Shown: piece by piece, positions 46,478 through 60,332 of the stretch | Numbering within the stretch: the stretch's first letter is position 1 | Layout: each line of letters starts with the position of its first letter | Source of the DNA: the human T2T-CHM13v2.0 reference genome, Homo sapiens | Length of the DNA: 64,000 nt | Assembly (NCBI RefSeq): GCF_009914755.1 | Contig: NC_060925.1 | Strand: one strand, 5' to 3' | The notes under the pieces: generated by a model | What the model was told of the DNA's origin: nothing | The model's input: the letters and a program-made list of their open reading frames with translations, nothing else | The model's database searches: none | Made by a program: the position numbers and the translations under genes

Positions 46478-47624
46478 GTAAGGGAAAATTTTATTATCCA
46501 CATATTTTTATTTCAATATGTATTTTCAACTCATGGTGCCTAGGTATACACATTCATTGAGTGATAACTTTCCAAAATTTCTTCAACAGTATTTACCATT
46601 TATATAGCATTTATCTAAACTGTCAGATTAATACCTGCTGAGTTTAAATGTGTTTTATTATATGTTAATACTATTGGCCATTCCCCAGTGAATTATTAAA
46701 AGGCTGAACTAATATTTTTTCAACTAGTTAAGCTAACAGAAAGACATTACAGCAAGTAGAAAATTATTCTCAAATTTTATCTTCATAAAGTTACTTTTAT
46801 AAAGTTTATCTAACTAGTCTACACTTAAGCTCTAGCGTTTTATCCTATACATTTTTTCAGTTGTTCATACTTGTTCAAACTCTGGAAAAGTAAAAAAATC
46901 ATATGTATCTTATCTTAAAGAAAAAATTACACATTTTAAATTGATGTACCTTCTTTATTTGCATTATTCAGTATAATAAAAAACACTTTATATATCACTT
47001 TAATATATACTATCTTCTTTGATCCTCCCAATATCCCCATGAGGAATTCAAAAACAAGAATTATTACCCTTGTATAAATGAAGTGATTTGTCAAATCTCA
47101 CAATAAGTGCCAAAACTGGGATCTGAAGCCAATGAGACCTATGTATTTCTATTTTCATTTCCACTTGGTAAAACTTTGCCTTTTATGAACACACTCCATA
47201 TGAGAAGATAACTCAAAATAAATCTAGCAAAATTTTTTTTTCAATTGACATCAATTATAATAATCTACCAGACTTTAAACTCCCAATTAATCTAAACAAC
47301 CAGAAGCCATTCTGTTTGATCAAATGAACAACTTTACCAACAGCCTCCCAGTCTTAATCACCTTAATCTCACCCAGCACCCTCATTTCCATCTCCAACCC
47401 ATCATGCTGAATGCAGGTAAAAAATTTTAAAAGGTGGTTTGAGCATATGAAAATAAGGAGTTTACAGACTGAAGAGTTGTAGAAAAATTCAATCTATTTT
47501 TCAATTAGTTTTCCCAAAATGTTTGGGGAAAGGAGGCTTAGATTTGCTTCATCTAGTTATATATGTACTGTTATGTTCATTTCACTGTGAAATTATTACC
47601 ACAAGGTATTTTAAATTTTGTCAG

Positions 47625-47765
47625 GAAATGGTAACTGAAGCATCTACTTACCTGTTTCATGCCACCAAACAAAGAGCTTATTTCAGGAATGTAAGCATTT
47701 TAATTCCAATGACCTAGAAATCAAAATCTGAGTACTTAATCCCAAAACAAGAATCATATGACCAG
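47625..47765 (+). pseudogene. CLCA3P: CLCA3P exon 2 (141 nt, premature TAG at 47715-47717, codon 84)
   Basis: tcag|GAAATG...GACCAG|gtagg; [46 protein letters not shown]. Confidence 0.95.
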
Positions 47766-47980
47766 GTAGGCTATTTCTTCTAACTCCTAAACTGCTTCTT
47801 TCCTCCTGTGCTTTTAAAAACTTAATATCTGTAATTATTTAATAATTACTAATCACTAATGTAGTAATTAAATTAGTAATATAACTTTTCTTAATGTATA
47901 TGAAAAAAAGTCCTTGTTTCTAAAATCTCTTGTTTCTATTGTTTTCAAAATTTGTTTTTGTTTGTTCTTTTTCTTTTTAG

Positions 47981-48128
47981 GCAGATGTCATAGTTGCTGA
48001 TCTTTACCTGAAATACGGAGATGATCCCTATACACTTCAATATGGACAATGTGGAGATAAAGGACAATATATACATTTTACTCCAAACTTCTTGTTGACT
48101 AATAACTTGGCTACCTATGGGCCTCGAG
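47981..48128 (+). pseudogene. CLCA3P: CLCA3P exon 3 (148 nt)
   Basis: tttag|GCAGAT...CGAG|gtaga; ADVIVADLYLKYGDDPYTLQYGQCGDKGQYIHFTPNFLLTNNLATYGPR. Confidence 0.95.
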
Positions 48129-48221
48129 GTAGAGATATCTATGATGTACTTCTGTTCTTATTTCCACTGGTGGAAAAAAATAACTCTATGTTTAATGGCA
48201 TTTAAAAAAAAATTTTAAAGA

Positions 48222-48545
48222 AGCCAGGCACAGTGACTGACACTTGTCATCCCAACAACTTAGGAGGCTGAGGTGGGAGGATCACTTGAGCCCAGGAGAT
48301 AGAGACCAGCCTGGACAACAGAGTGAGCCCCCAGTCTCTAAAAAACTAAAAGTAAATTTTAAAAACTAGCCAGGCATGAGAGTGCATACCTGTAGTCCCA
48401 GCTACTTAAGAGGCTGATGCAGGAGGATCGCTTGAGGCTAGGAGCTTGAGGCTGCAGTGAGCTATGATCATGCCGCTGCACTCTAATCTGAGCAACAGAA
48501 CAAGAGCAAGATCCCATCATTCAAGAAAACAAAACTAAGAAGAGA
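48222..48545 (+). mobile_element. AluJ in intron 3
   Basis: Diverged Alu dimer, ggaggatcacttgagcccagg. Confidence 0.88.
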
Positions 48546-48607
48546 AAAATAGGTAGTAAATAATACCTTTACGTGAAAACATGCTAGTTATGCTCCTAAT
48601 TATATTT

Positions 48608-48610
<3 letters not shown>

Positions 48611-48641
<31 letters not shown>
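48611..48641. repeat. (TG)15 microsatellite in intron 3
   Basis: Direct reading. Confidence 0.97.
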
Positions 48642-48643
<2 letters not shown>

Positions 48644-48822
48644 AATAATAAAATGAGTCGTTTATTGGCACCAACTCATTTCAACTTTTTTGGCCTAATA
48701 AAAGGCATCAATTTCTGGAGTACCTTGACTCAATTAAGTTGGGGAGAGGTTTAAGAGAAATATAGGAAACTACCTTAAAATATTGTAACTATAAATTTAT
48801 AAGTGGCAGTATTCTCTCACAG

Positions 48823-48931
48823 GTAGAGTATTTGTCCATGAGTGGGCCCATCTCCGGTGGGGAGTATTTGATGAGTATAATGTGGACCAGCCATTCTATA
48901 TTTCCAGAAGAAACACTACTGAAGCAACAAG
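48823..48931 (+). pseudogene. CLCA3P: CLCA3P exon 4 (109 nt, HExxH zinc-binding motif at 48837-48851)
   Basis: cacag|GTAGA...ACAAG|gtatc; [35 protein letters not shown]. Confidence 0.95.
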
Positions 48932-50880
48932 GTATCATTGTATTGAGCAAATCTGTTTTCAAAATTTTTCACTTATGACTCTTTAATTTTCTATGCTAGG
49001 CAAACAAAGGCTATCTCAGGTAACTACCTGGGAAAGTTCAAACAGTTCATTGCAATATCCAACCTGCCCCATCATGTATGCCACCAATTAATTCTAGAGA
49101 TTCCACCTTGGCATCAAGATGAATCAAAAACAGGAAATAATTTCAGTATTCACAGGGACTGTGCTATAACATGTTATGGGCAGAGGGGAAGGAAAAAGCT
49201 GTAGCCTAAATCCCAAGATATCTGAGAATAGGTGGTTCAACCCTACCCACTCTTTTGTTTGACTTGATTCATCACTTTTTAAGGTAAATCTGTTTCACTG
49301 AAATCAGTTAAGCTGCTAGAGCTCCTTTGTAAATATCATATTATACTTTTCATTTAATCTTGATCTTAAAGAAAGTACTTTTCGTAACAGTAAGGTAGTA
49401 AGTTGATTTTTTAAAAATATAATTCTAGGTGCTGCAGGCACTATTATGAATAGATGAGATGTTTACACTTAGTTAAAAATATCAAGCACATGGAGTATTT
49501 AAACAATATTGAAGAACAGTGGAAGTTAATGTAATAGGAAATAAGTCTTTGCAATGAAAATGTATTTGAGGAAAGAGGGGTAATGGAAAAATGCCTCTCA
49601 TCATCTCCATTGTGTTGTTCGTTTGATCTCCGCGGAGCTGCCTGCAGTTTTTCACACAGACTGGGCTCCTCTCAGTGCAGGACACTCATTTCTCTTAACT
49701 TCACCTACACAACTCCTCCCTTACTCAGATAATGCCTGTTCATCCTTTAAGACTCAGTTTAAATATTTCTTACTTAAATGTCTTTCCTCTCCCTCCATTT
49801 GGGGTTAAATTCCCTTAAGAGTACTCCCACAGCATGTGTGGGCTTCTCTCACACGTATGTCACTGGGCAGTAATTGTCTATACAATTTTATTTTCCCCAT
49901 TAGACTTTAAAATTCTTAAGAACTGCACATTTTTTTAATCCTCTGGTGTTGGACCTGGCATAAAGTAAAAGCTAAACAAAGAATGTATCAAACAACAAAT
50001 TTTTGATAAATTCATGAAAAATAAATGAGTTTCCTTATAATCAGTCATAAAAATAGATATATTAGTAAAAACAAGTATCTAAAACATTTATTGAGCTCCT
50101 ACTGTGTGTCAGGCACTTTCAAGCAGTGAAGTCTCATCATATGTAAGTTTAATTTTCAAGCTTACTCAAGAACTAACCCTCTGGAAAATATGACTCCCCA
50201 TGTCCCTAAATCCTTGCAATACAAACTTATTAAAATGGATTAATGTTATGAAGTTTAATATTAACACAGAATGGGAGGATATCCTGCATATAAACAGAAA
50301 CTTTAGAATCCTGTCCCTGTACCCTGACCCTCATTCCCTGCCAAGGACTTGACAATTATTTTTACCATAAGGACCAAATGGTTTGAATGCACAAGCCTTT
50401 TCATGCGGGGTTTAGTTTTATTTCTTCCACCAGTTTAGTGAAGTGGTGCTCAAGATATAAATTACAAAATGCTATAAACACAAAACCATGAATACCACAT
50501 ACAGAAATTGAAGAGGATTTTAAGCATAATATTGTCTTTCCCTTTCCTATTAATAAGCAATTCCGCTGTACCTTTTAACTCATCTAATCTTTACAACATC
50601 TCTCTGGTTAGGAATTACCATCTTTAGCTCAAAGTCACAAGGATAATAGATTTATTGATTGCAATGACCAATTAATGTTTAATAAATATGAACTGACAAC
50701 ATTGTATCAATTGAAATCGATTACAAATTGAGGTAGAATATTGTGCCTATTTCTGTCAAAATGTAATGTTTGGTACATGATCTATGGCAGTTGTCACTGA
50801 AGGAAAAATTTTAGGATGTTGGTCTTCATTCATGATTTGCCAATTCTTCGTATATATATAATCTAATTCTTTCATCATAG

Positions 50881-51058
50881 ATGTTCCACTCGTATTACTG
50901 TTTACATGGTTTTGAACGAATGCAAGGGGGCCAGCTGTATAGCACGACCATTCAGACGTGACTCAAAGACAGGGCTGTATGAAGCAAAATGTACATTTAT
51001 CCCAAAGAGATCCCAGACTGCCAAGGAATCCATTGTGTTTATGCAAAATCTTGATTCT
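50881..51058 (+). pseudogene. CLCA3P: CLCA3P exon 5 (178 nt, Cys-rich region)
   Basis: catag|ATGTT...GATTCT|gtaagt; CSTRITVYMVLNECKGASCIARPFRRDSKTGLYEAKCTFIPKRSQTAKESIVFMQNLDS. Confidence 0.95.
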
Positions 51059-51659
51059 GTAAGTACCTTTTTTCCAGTTTCTCAAAGGAATCCTTGGGGA
51101 AAAATTAATTAGAGAAGCTGGATTTTCTGCTGTGAAATTATGCGTACCAATAGAAAGGCAGAAAATTACTAAGGCAATTAATTAGAGGTCATTTTCTCTG
51201 GCATGTATCAGGGTGTCTCTGGAAATTACCCTGTCTTTTCTTATTAACCTATTTCTTTTATTCAAATGTAGCACTGTAGCCTTCTCATTAGAGTCACACA
51301 ATAAATTCTTAGAACACATCTCTTCCCTCACTGACTTCTGTGGACTTCTGTATAGAGTTACAATCTTACTTTTAATTCCTTTTCTAAGTGTTAGCCATAT
51401 TACTTTTCTAAAGAAATTTATAATGTAGCTTTGAAAAGGATTGACATTTTAGATTTTCCATTACCTTCACACTAAAGCATACCAAGCTATTGCAAAGTGA
51501 TATTGTGAAAACACATAGGGCTCTTTCTCCACTGAAAAGACTTAAGAAAAAAAAAAATTCACAATTACCAATGTGTCTAACCAATTAAATAATAACACAC
51601 CACAAAAAAGTTGAAAACTAATGTTTGACCTGAAATATCTGCTTTAAATATATAAAGCT

Positions 51660-51890
51660 TAGTGCATAAGAATAGGTACCTTGGAGTCAGATAGACCTGA
51701 TATTGAAACCCAGTCTGTCATTTTAAAGCTGTGTCCACTGTGGGAAAACTGCTAAATCTGAGATTGAGTTCTCTTATCTTTTATATGGGAATTATAATAC
51801 CTACTTCACATAGTCATTCGTGTTGGGTTTAAAAGAGCTAATATAAAGTATTAGCATAGTGTTTAGCACAAGTTGAATGCGCTATAAACT
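51660..51890 (+). mobile_element. MIR in intron 5
   Basis: tggagtcagatagacctg...ggaattataatacctacttcacatag. Confidence 0.6.
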
Positions 51891-54566
51891 TTAAGTTTTT
51901 AATTTTTAAAATTTATTAAATATTTGAAAAATAACCAGTTGTTTCTTCCCATGGATAAGTCTAATCTTAATTAATACAAACATATTGTATTTACCTAATG
52001 AACATTTCTAAACATATAAAAATATTTTAAAATATGAAATATATGAAAGTTATCAAAAACAACAAATCAAAACAAAGTACACTACCTCTAAATAGTGGGA
52101 CTAACTTACTTCAAGGAAGCAAATTTTCACATACCAAATTTTCAAAGGTATATGACATATACCTTTACAAACCTCTGCTATAGAAGTATTTGTTGGTAGT
52201 GATTGGTATTTTCATATACCAATATCAAAATACTTCTATAGACCGAGGTTTGTAAAGGCCCAGTATCTCTGATAAAATTTAAAATTCTCTTGGGCATTAA
52301 TGATAAAAGGCTTGACTACATTTGACACACGAGTCAGGAATGTTCCCTTTAATCTGCTAAATCTGGAGCAACAAAGGCTAGCCAAAGAGTTATGCGTACA
52401 AATAGATATCAAATCATGTGACACAAGAGGATAACTAGAATACTGTATGTACTGCCTGATCCGTACCATAAATTCCAAAAGCATTTGACCATCAGGAGAT
52501 AACTCACGCTGCCTCTGGGACATAAATAATAATGAAGAAGATTATGGAGCTGAAATATGGAGGTCAACTAATTATATAAGACATGGCCCAGAGATAAAAT
52601 GATTCCATTTCCAGAATAACACTAACTTCTAATTATCATAACATAAATATATTGCATAGCATCTGTACTGAGGGCATGAATTCAGAGCTACGAAAGATAT
52701 GATCTAATATGCTGAATAGTCAACTCCATGATTTTGTTTCCTTATTATTTATTATTCCTTACGCCTAGTATTTACTGCATTAAGAGCTGGGAACACACAT
52801 ATAATTAAAGATGACTGTTCTTGAGGAACTCAGTTTACGGAGAAAGAGATATGATAAAATAAGTACATATTATTAAGTGGGAAGACATATATAGATATGA
52901 ACCAAGTTTTATGAAGCAGTAACCATTGCCAACTGGAAGTCAGAAAACAGTTTCTGAACAGTGAGTTTTGAGTGGGGATTTGAGAAAAGTGAGTATGTAT
53001 TTGCCAAAGTGAGAAGGGGAAGAGTATTCTATACAAAGAAACAGATTTACAAAAGCAAAGAGTGGAGTAAGGCAGGGATGCTGTGCATGATTCTGGAAGT
53101 TCAGCATTGCCTAAATTATTTGCATCATGGTCATTCAAGATTTTAACACTTATTAGAACAACTTTCTGGCAGATAACAGTAAAATAACTTGAGAAAGTGG
53201 TGCTTTTTTCTGATTTGCACAAAATTACCATTTGGGTTAGCAAAGACCCTAATGAAAGTTTCTGGCATATTCTAAGGATATAAAGAAATCCAGTATGGTA
53301 GAAGCAAATAATACATGGTGAGTAAGAGGCAGGAAATTAGGTTGAAACAAAAAATGGGGACATACAGAGCTAAGGTGTTTGAGTTTTATCCTCTCAGTTT
53401 TAGACTGGTGATGTGATAAGTTTAATTATTTCAGGAAAGTAATCCTACTAATTGTGAAGGATGAGATAGAGAGAGTTGATAGTGGAGGCAAGGGAGACCA
53501 GTTGGAAGGCCATAGCAACAGGTAGGTAAGAGGCCCAAATAAAGGCAGTGGCAGTGGTAGGGGAAAGAGGAACCAGGTTTGATAGGCATTTCATACCAGC
53601 AAGACTTGGTTATGAATCACTGCTTTGATTGCAAACTACATTTTTCTCCCATCCAATATAACCCCATTTGGGAAATGTATCATCAGAAACAAAGCAAACT
53701 CATAAAACTTAGATAAAAGGTATTCAAATGTAATAATTTAGTTCTTCTAATTCTGAGCTTACATTTGGATATTTTACTTTGGGAGGGCATTAAAATAATG
53801 AAATGACTAAAAATATTTCTTGTAAGCTGAGGCTCATCTTGCAGTAGCAAGATGAATTCCTTCTTGGAGACCACCCTAGTTTATGAGAACATTTTTCCAA
53901 GTTACTACGTTTTCAATATTTAAAAAATTTTCACAGATTCTATAGTAATGAAATATTCATTGGCAGAATTACTGGATACAATTCACCACTTGCCTCTAAC
54001 AGACAAATAATTATATTTCCTCATTTTCTCCCTATACTTTCATTCCTTTTTCAGGAGTATTACTGTATGTCAAAATTTGCCAGAGCCAATAGCAATCCAG
54101 GTTGTAGAATAGCTGTCCTCAAGTTTTTGATCAACTATGAAGATATGGAACATACCTAGATAATTAAAGAAGGCCATTTTCTCTATACCATTTTTAGGAG
54201 GTAGCTAGAAATTACCACAAGCCCTGCCCCTTTTTCCTCAAACTTAATTCAAGGCTTGAGCTCCCCCAAAGTTTAGAAGGGAAAGTAAAAAGTTAACATA
54301 AGCAGTCGTGCCAGCTGCCACAATCCACCACTGATGTAACTATCTATAACCAAAAGAATCACCAAAAATCTTTACCAGTACATATTGATAGCTTTACCTT
54401 GCTTCCGTTCCATTCTGATATGCAAATGGATGTCAGAATGTTAGATTATAAAGTAGTTTTTAACTATCAGGAGATAAAATCTGTGGATGATATGTATGAC
54501 AGATAACTACATATTTGATGCCTCACAAGTTATTGTAATCTTGTCTTCTAATTGATTTTTTTCCAG

Positions 54567-54791
54567 GTGACTGAATTTTGTACTGAAAAAACACACAATA
54601 AAGAAGCTCCAAACCTATAGAACAAAATGTGCAATCACAGAAGCACATGGGATGTAATCATGAGCTCTGAAGATTTTCAGCATTTATCTCCCATGACAGA
54701 AATAAATTTACCTCGTCCTACATTTTCATTGCTCAAGTCCAAACAGCGTGTAGTCTGTTTGGTACTTGATAAATCTGGAAGCATGAATGCA
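54567..54791 (+). pseudogene. CLCA3P: CLCA3P exon 6 (225 nt, premature TAG at 54618-54620, codon 263; start of VWA domain)
   Basis: ccag|GTGACT...AATGCA|gtaaga; [27 protein letters not shown]...RVVCLVLDKSGSMNA. Confidence 0.95.
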
Positions 54792-55001
54792 GTAAGATAG
54801 TTTTTGGTTAACTGTCTTAAATTATTTAAGTATTTAAGCTACTAGAAATATAAGTATTAAGTATTTAGGCTGATGGAAATATAATCTTAGGTTTAGTTTT
54901 GGTAACAAACATACATATGTATTTATGTTCTAATAAATTTTAGCACATAATCTTATATAGATAAGTACTAGAAGACAATATGCCAACAGAAAAATGTTGT
55001 A

Positions 55002-55295
<294 letters not shown>

Positions 55296-55887
55296 TTAAC
55301 TTTTAGTTCTAACTAGAAAAATTATAGCCAAGCAAGAAAATGAAAATCATCCATAATTCTGTCATTGAAAATATGATACTTTAGTCTTTTCTTTGCTAAT
55401 GTATTTGTTTTCCCTCCTCAAAAATATGATTATATTTTATATAATGTTTTATAATCTGATGATTTTTACTTAATATATCTTTAATATTCCCCATGAAAAA
55501 AATGATTCCATGACATAATTTTTAATGGCTGTATAACATGCCCATACTATAATTTCATCAAGCAATCTCCTGTTGTTGGACAGTTGGGAGATTTTCACTT
55601 GTTATTTTTTAAATGAGCATCTTTGTATGCATTTATAAAATTATTTCTTTAGGAGAAATTCCTCAATATACAATTAAATAAAAAGGTATAGATTTTTAAG
55701 GCTTTTTCAAGTATAACTGAATTTTTAAGATTTTCTTTAAATTTTTTAAATAAAATGAAGAAGCTAAATTTTAAAATACAACCAATCAATTATTATCATG
55801 ACCTATGGTCCATAAATGGTTTGCCGTTCATTAATCCATCAAGATTTGGAGAGTCTTGTGAGTTATTCACAAATCTTTTTCTTACAG

Positions 55888-56112
55888 GAAGACCGTCTCT
55901 TTCGAATGAATCAAGCAGCAGAATTGTACTTGATTCAAATTATTGAAAAGGGATCCTTGGTTGGGTTGGTCACATTTGACAGTTTTGCTAAAATCCAAAG
56001 TAAGCTCATAAAAATAATTGATGATAACACTTACCAAAAGATCACTGCAAACCTGCCTCAAGAAGCTGATGGTGGCACTTCAATTTGCAGGGGACTCAAA
56101 GCAGGATTTCAG
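55888..56112 (+). pseudogene. CLCA3P: CLCA3P exon 7 (225 nt, VWA)
   Basis: tacag|GAAGAC...TTTCAG|gtaaa; EDRLFRMNQAAELYLIQII...GGTSICRGLKAGFQ. Confidence 0.95.
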
Positions 56113-56569
56113 GTAAAATAAAAATATTTTTAAAATATCATTTGCCATTTACTATTGCTTTTAATTTTCTCCAGTTACCTTTGAACAAAGGGCATGAGTT
56201 CATGGGCCCCTCAATTAATAATATTATGACCTGATCAAGGTAAATCATTTATGGGAAGAAAAAAATAGCCTTTCCTACTGTTTACAACTAGACCCTCTCT
56301 GAGTATGGCTATTCCAATGACATACTCCTGAGGTGCTAAGTTGCACTGGGGAGTGGTTAAGTAAGTGGGGAAAATTTCAGCCTGCACACAATCATGATTT
56401 TATTGGGGAGCTCCCCATTTTTCTAACACTCCCACAGTCTGAGTTTCAAGGATCAGAAAATAATGCCAATGAGGGGATTATGGAAAAGGGAAATTAGTAA
56501 CATTTCCATATGATGGATAAGGAAAGCCCCAGTTTATCAAGTTAAATTGACATTTAAAAATCACAAAGA

Positions 56570-56915
<346 letters not shown>

Positions 56916-56943
56916 TTAAAAAAAATTAAAAGTCATAAAAATA

Positions 56944-57240
56944 AGCCAGGTACGGTGGGTCACGCCTGAATCCCAGCACTTTGGGAGTCTGAGGCAGGCA
57001 GATCGCTTGAGCTCAGGAGTAGGAGACCAACTTGGCCAACATGGGGAAATCTTGCCCCTACAAAAAATAAAATCAGCCAGGCATGGTGGTGTGTGCCTGT
57101 AGCCCCCGCTACTTAGGGGGCTGAGATGGGAGGATGGCTTGAGCTCTAGAGGCAGAGATTGCAATGAGCCACGATCATGTCACTGTACTCCAGCCTGGGC
57201 AACAGAGTGAGACCCTGTCTAAAAAAAAAGAAAGAAAAAA
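56944..57240 (+). mobile_element. AluJ in intron 7
   Basis: Diverged Alu dimer with A tail. Confidence 0.9.
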
Positions 57241-57644
57241 TAATCATAAAGATAGAGGTAGCTCCATACGCAATATAGTACCAAACCTAACAAACATAGA
57301 TTGAAGTTTAATGTAATTAAAATTGTGAACTCAAAAAATTGGGAGCACCTTTGGAGCACTATACCCAATTGCCTCCAGTACTCATTTGAATTCCTTCCAA
57401 CCTAACTTTCATTTAAGCCTATTTACTGTCATGTTTTAAGCCACAAAAACAGAAAACTACTTCCTTCACTGACCTCTCTTTGCCTAAAAATGGAGATTGC
57501 TAGTCTTATCCAGGCCATTGATTAATACTACATCTCAACTTTCCTCATAGTGTCTATTTGTGATGAAATGTGTTAGTTTAAGAAGGCAGGAAATCCTGAG
57601 TAAGAAGAACAGGTTTATTCTTATTTTAAATATATTAAGATATG

Positions 57645-57960
<316 letters not shown>

Positions 57961-58004
57961 GATATGACATTCTATAATTAATAACCTGGCTTTTTCATTA
58001 TCAG

Positions 58005-58182
58005 GCAATTCCCCAGAGTAATCAGAGTACTTTCGGTTCTGAAATCATATTACTAACAGATGGGGAAGATTATCAAATAAGCTTATGCTTTGGAGAGGTA
58101 AAACAAAGTGGCACAGTCATCCACACCATTGCTCTGGGGCCGTCTGCTGACGAAGAACTGGAGACCCTGTCAAATATGACAG
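58005..58182 (+). pseudogene. CLCA3P: CLCA3P exon 8 (178 nt, VWA)
   Basis: tcag|GCAATT...ACAG|gtaaa; GSEIILLTDGED...VIHTIALGPSADEELETLSNMT. Confidence 0.94.
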
Positions 58183-59344
58183 GTAAACCTTTGGCATATA
58201 GTTTGAATAAAAAATAAATTTCTAGTCTCTCCCATTCCAGGGGTTCTTTCTCTATAAATCTGCTCAAAATTTTCATATCCTAAAAATTAATCTTTGTCCC
58301 TTCTTCATCCTTCAGATTAAGTTCTTTTCCCTTTCTTCCACTTCATACACCAGTTTTTTTCTAATGTTATTTAACATTTGCTGTCTTCATTCCCCGCCCA
58401 GTTTCTGCCAATGCTACTAAACAGAAACTTATTTCTCTATGGTTACTCAACTGGAAGTCAAAAATTATTGCTTAATTCCAAAATACTACCCAATCACACA
58501 GTAGAGATTTTGACAATCTTCTTTTATAGATGAGGAAATGGAAACCTAGAGAGTGCAAATGATTTGCCAAAGGCCATAGAGTCCTGATTCTCAATTCAGA
58601 GCTCTTCCACCGTACTACCCTATTCTTGCTTCACCAAATCTTGCTAAATCTTCGTTTGGAACATTTCTGTATTTCACCTTTCTATACAATCCTTCTACCA
58701 CTGCCATTATAATCCAGCCCTTACAATTCCCTGACTGGGATACTTCAATAACCTTCCAGCTTATTTTTCTGCCATTTATCAGTTCAATAAATATGTATTG
58801 ACTGTTGTATTTGTGGCAGTCACTTGCGTTAATTCTTGCCCTCTGCAATCTATCCTTTCCTAACTCCTTACACCTAAGTAATCTCTCTCTTCATTAATTT
58901 CTACGTTATTTATTTCCTGCACTTAATTTTTAATTTATTGTAGACTGTAATTCTCTAATTGTTTTGGTGTACCTTAGACCCAACTAGAAGATAAACAGCT
59001 GGTTCAGAACTATCTTAAATTTCATTTTTATAACATTGTTTAGTGCTTAGACCAGCTTTACCAATGCGGCAGGCACTTACATTTGATGACTGATTGATGT
59101 AAAAACAATACAATTTGGCCTGTTCTTTAAAGTTTCTTTTATTCTTACTTATCTTTCTTATTTTGAGCAAGGTTTTAATTATTATTGTAGGATTACATAA
59201 GGGACACTGATATACTGAAAGTTCATAAAGTGCTGGGAAGTTCATCTTTTGTAAGTTTAAAACAAAATTTTAAAATAGATTTTAAAGTGTATTGATGAGA
59301 GCAAAATAACAAATATGACTTTTCCACTTAAAATTCGATTTTAG

Positions 59345-59445
59345 GAGGACATCGTTTTTATGCCCATAAAAACATAAATGGCCTTATTGATGCTTTCAGC
59401 AGAATTTCATCTAGAAGTGGCAGCATCTCTCAGCAGGCTCTTCAG
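59345..59445 (+). pseudogene. CLCA3P: CLCA3P exon 9 (101 nt)
   Basis: tttag|GAGGA...CTTCAG|gtcagt; GHRFYAHKNINGLIDAFSRISSRSGSISQQALQ. Confidence 0.94.
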
Positions 59446-59807
59446 GTCAGTGTAAAAAAAAACTATTTTCTTTCTCACAGTTGTAATAAATTTATATTAT
59501 CCTAATTATTAACTCCTATCTCTCAAATAATTCTTTTGCCTGAAAATATTTCAGATATGCAGAAGAAAAACTTCCTTACTGAATTTGATTTTCCATAACA
59601 CTTAAAGCCACATCTTCTCCCGAATTCTTCTATTCTTTAGAATTAGGTATCCTTTTCATTTGGAAAATTCTTTAAAATAACTCTTAGTTATTTTAATTGA
59701 AATCTTAAAAACAAACAAAATTACTCTAAACTGACTAAACTCGGAAATTTTATTAACTATGATAACAAATGGATTTCATGTGTTTGTTGTTTTTATTTAC
59801 CGAACAG

Positions 59808-60031
59808 TTGGAAAGTAAAACTTTGAATATCCCAGCGAAGAAATGGATAAATGGTACAGTGCCTGTGGATAGTACAGTTAGAAATGATACTTCCTTTGTT
59901 GTCACATGGACGATACAAAAGCCAGCAATAATTCTTCAAGATCCAAAAGAAAAAAATATACTACCTCAGATTTTCAAGAAGGTGAACTAAATATTCGGTC
60001 TGCCCGTCTTCGAATACCAGGTATTGCAGAG
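59808..60031 (+). pseudogene. CLCA3P: CLCA3P exon 10 (224 nt, 1-bp deletion near 59949)
   Basis: aacag|TTGGAA...GCAGAG|gtagg; LESK...ILQDPK, then the CLCA-like KKYTTSDFQEGELNIRSARLRIPGIAE continues in a shifted frame. Confidence 0.92.
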
Positions 60032-60332
60032 GTAGGTCTATTATTTTATGTTCTCTAAGTTTTCTTAATCAATTTCTATTTTTAAAAGATAAAAATAACA
60101 TAGATAACATCTTATACATTGCCAATATTAAAATGATGACAGATCATCTGTAATAAAGAAATCAAATGGAATAATTAGGGATTCATATTCATACTATTTA
60201 CTAGTTTGTGAAATTCAATATTAAAAATCATGATTATTATTCTGCTTAAATTTGTAAATAATTTTGTATTCCAAACAAAAAGTAGGAAAATATTACCAAA
60301 GCTCTCAGACAGATTTTTTTTTAATGTTTCAG

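Noticed and set aside
54824-54885. ~30-bp imperfect tandem duplication after the exon 6 donor (similar ones at 11158-11191 and 19736-19768)
   Set aside because: Ordinary slippage duplications that do not touch splice signals.
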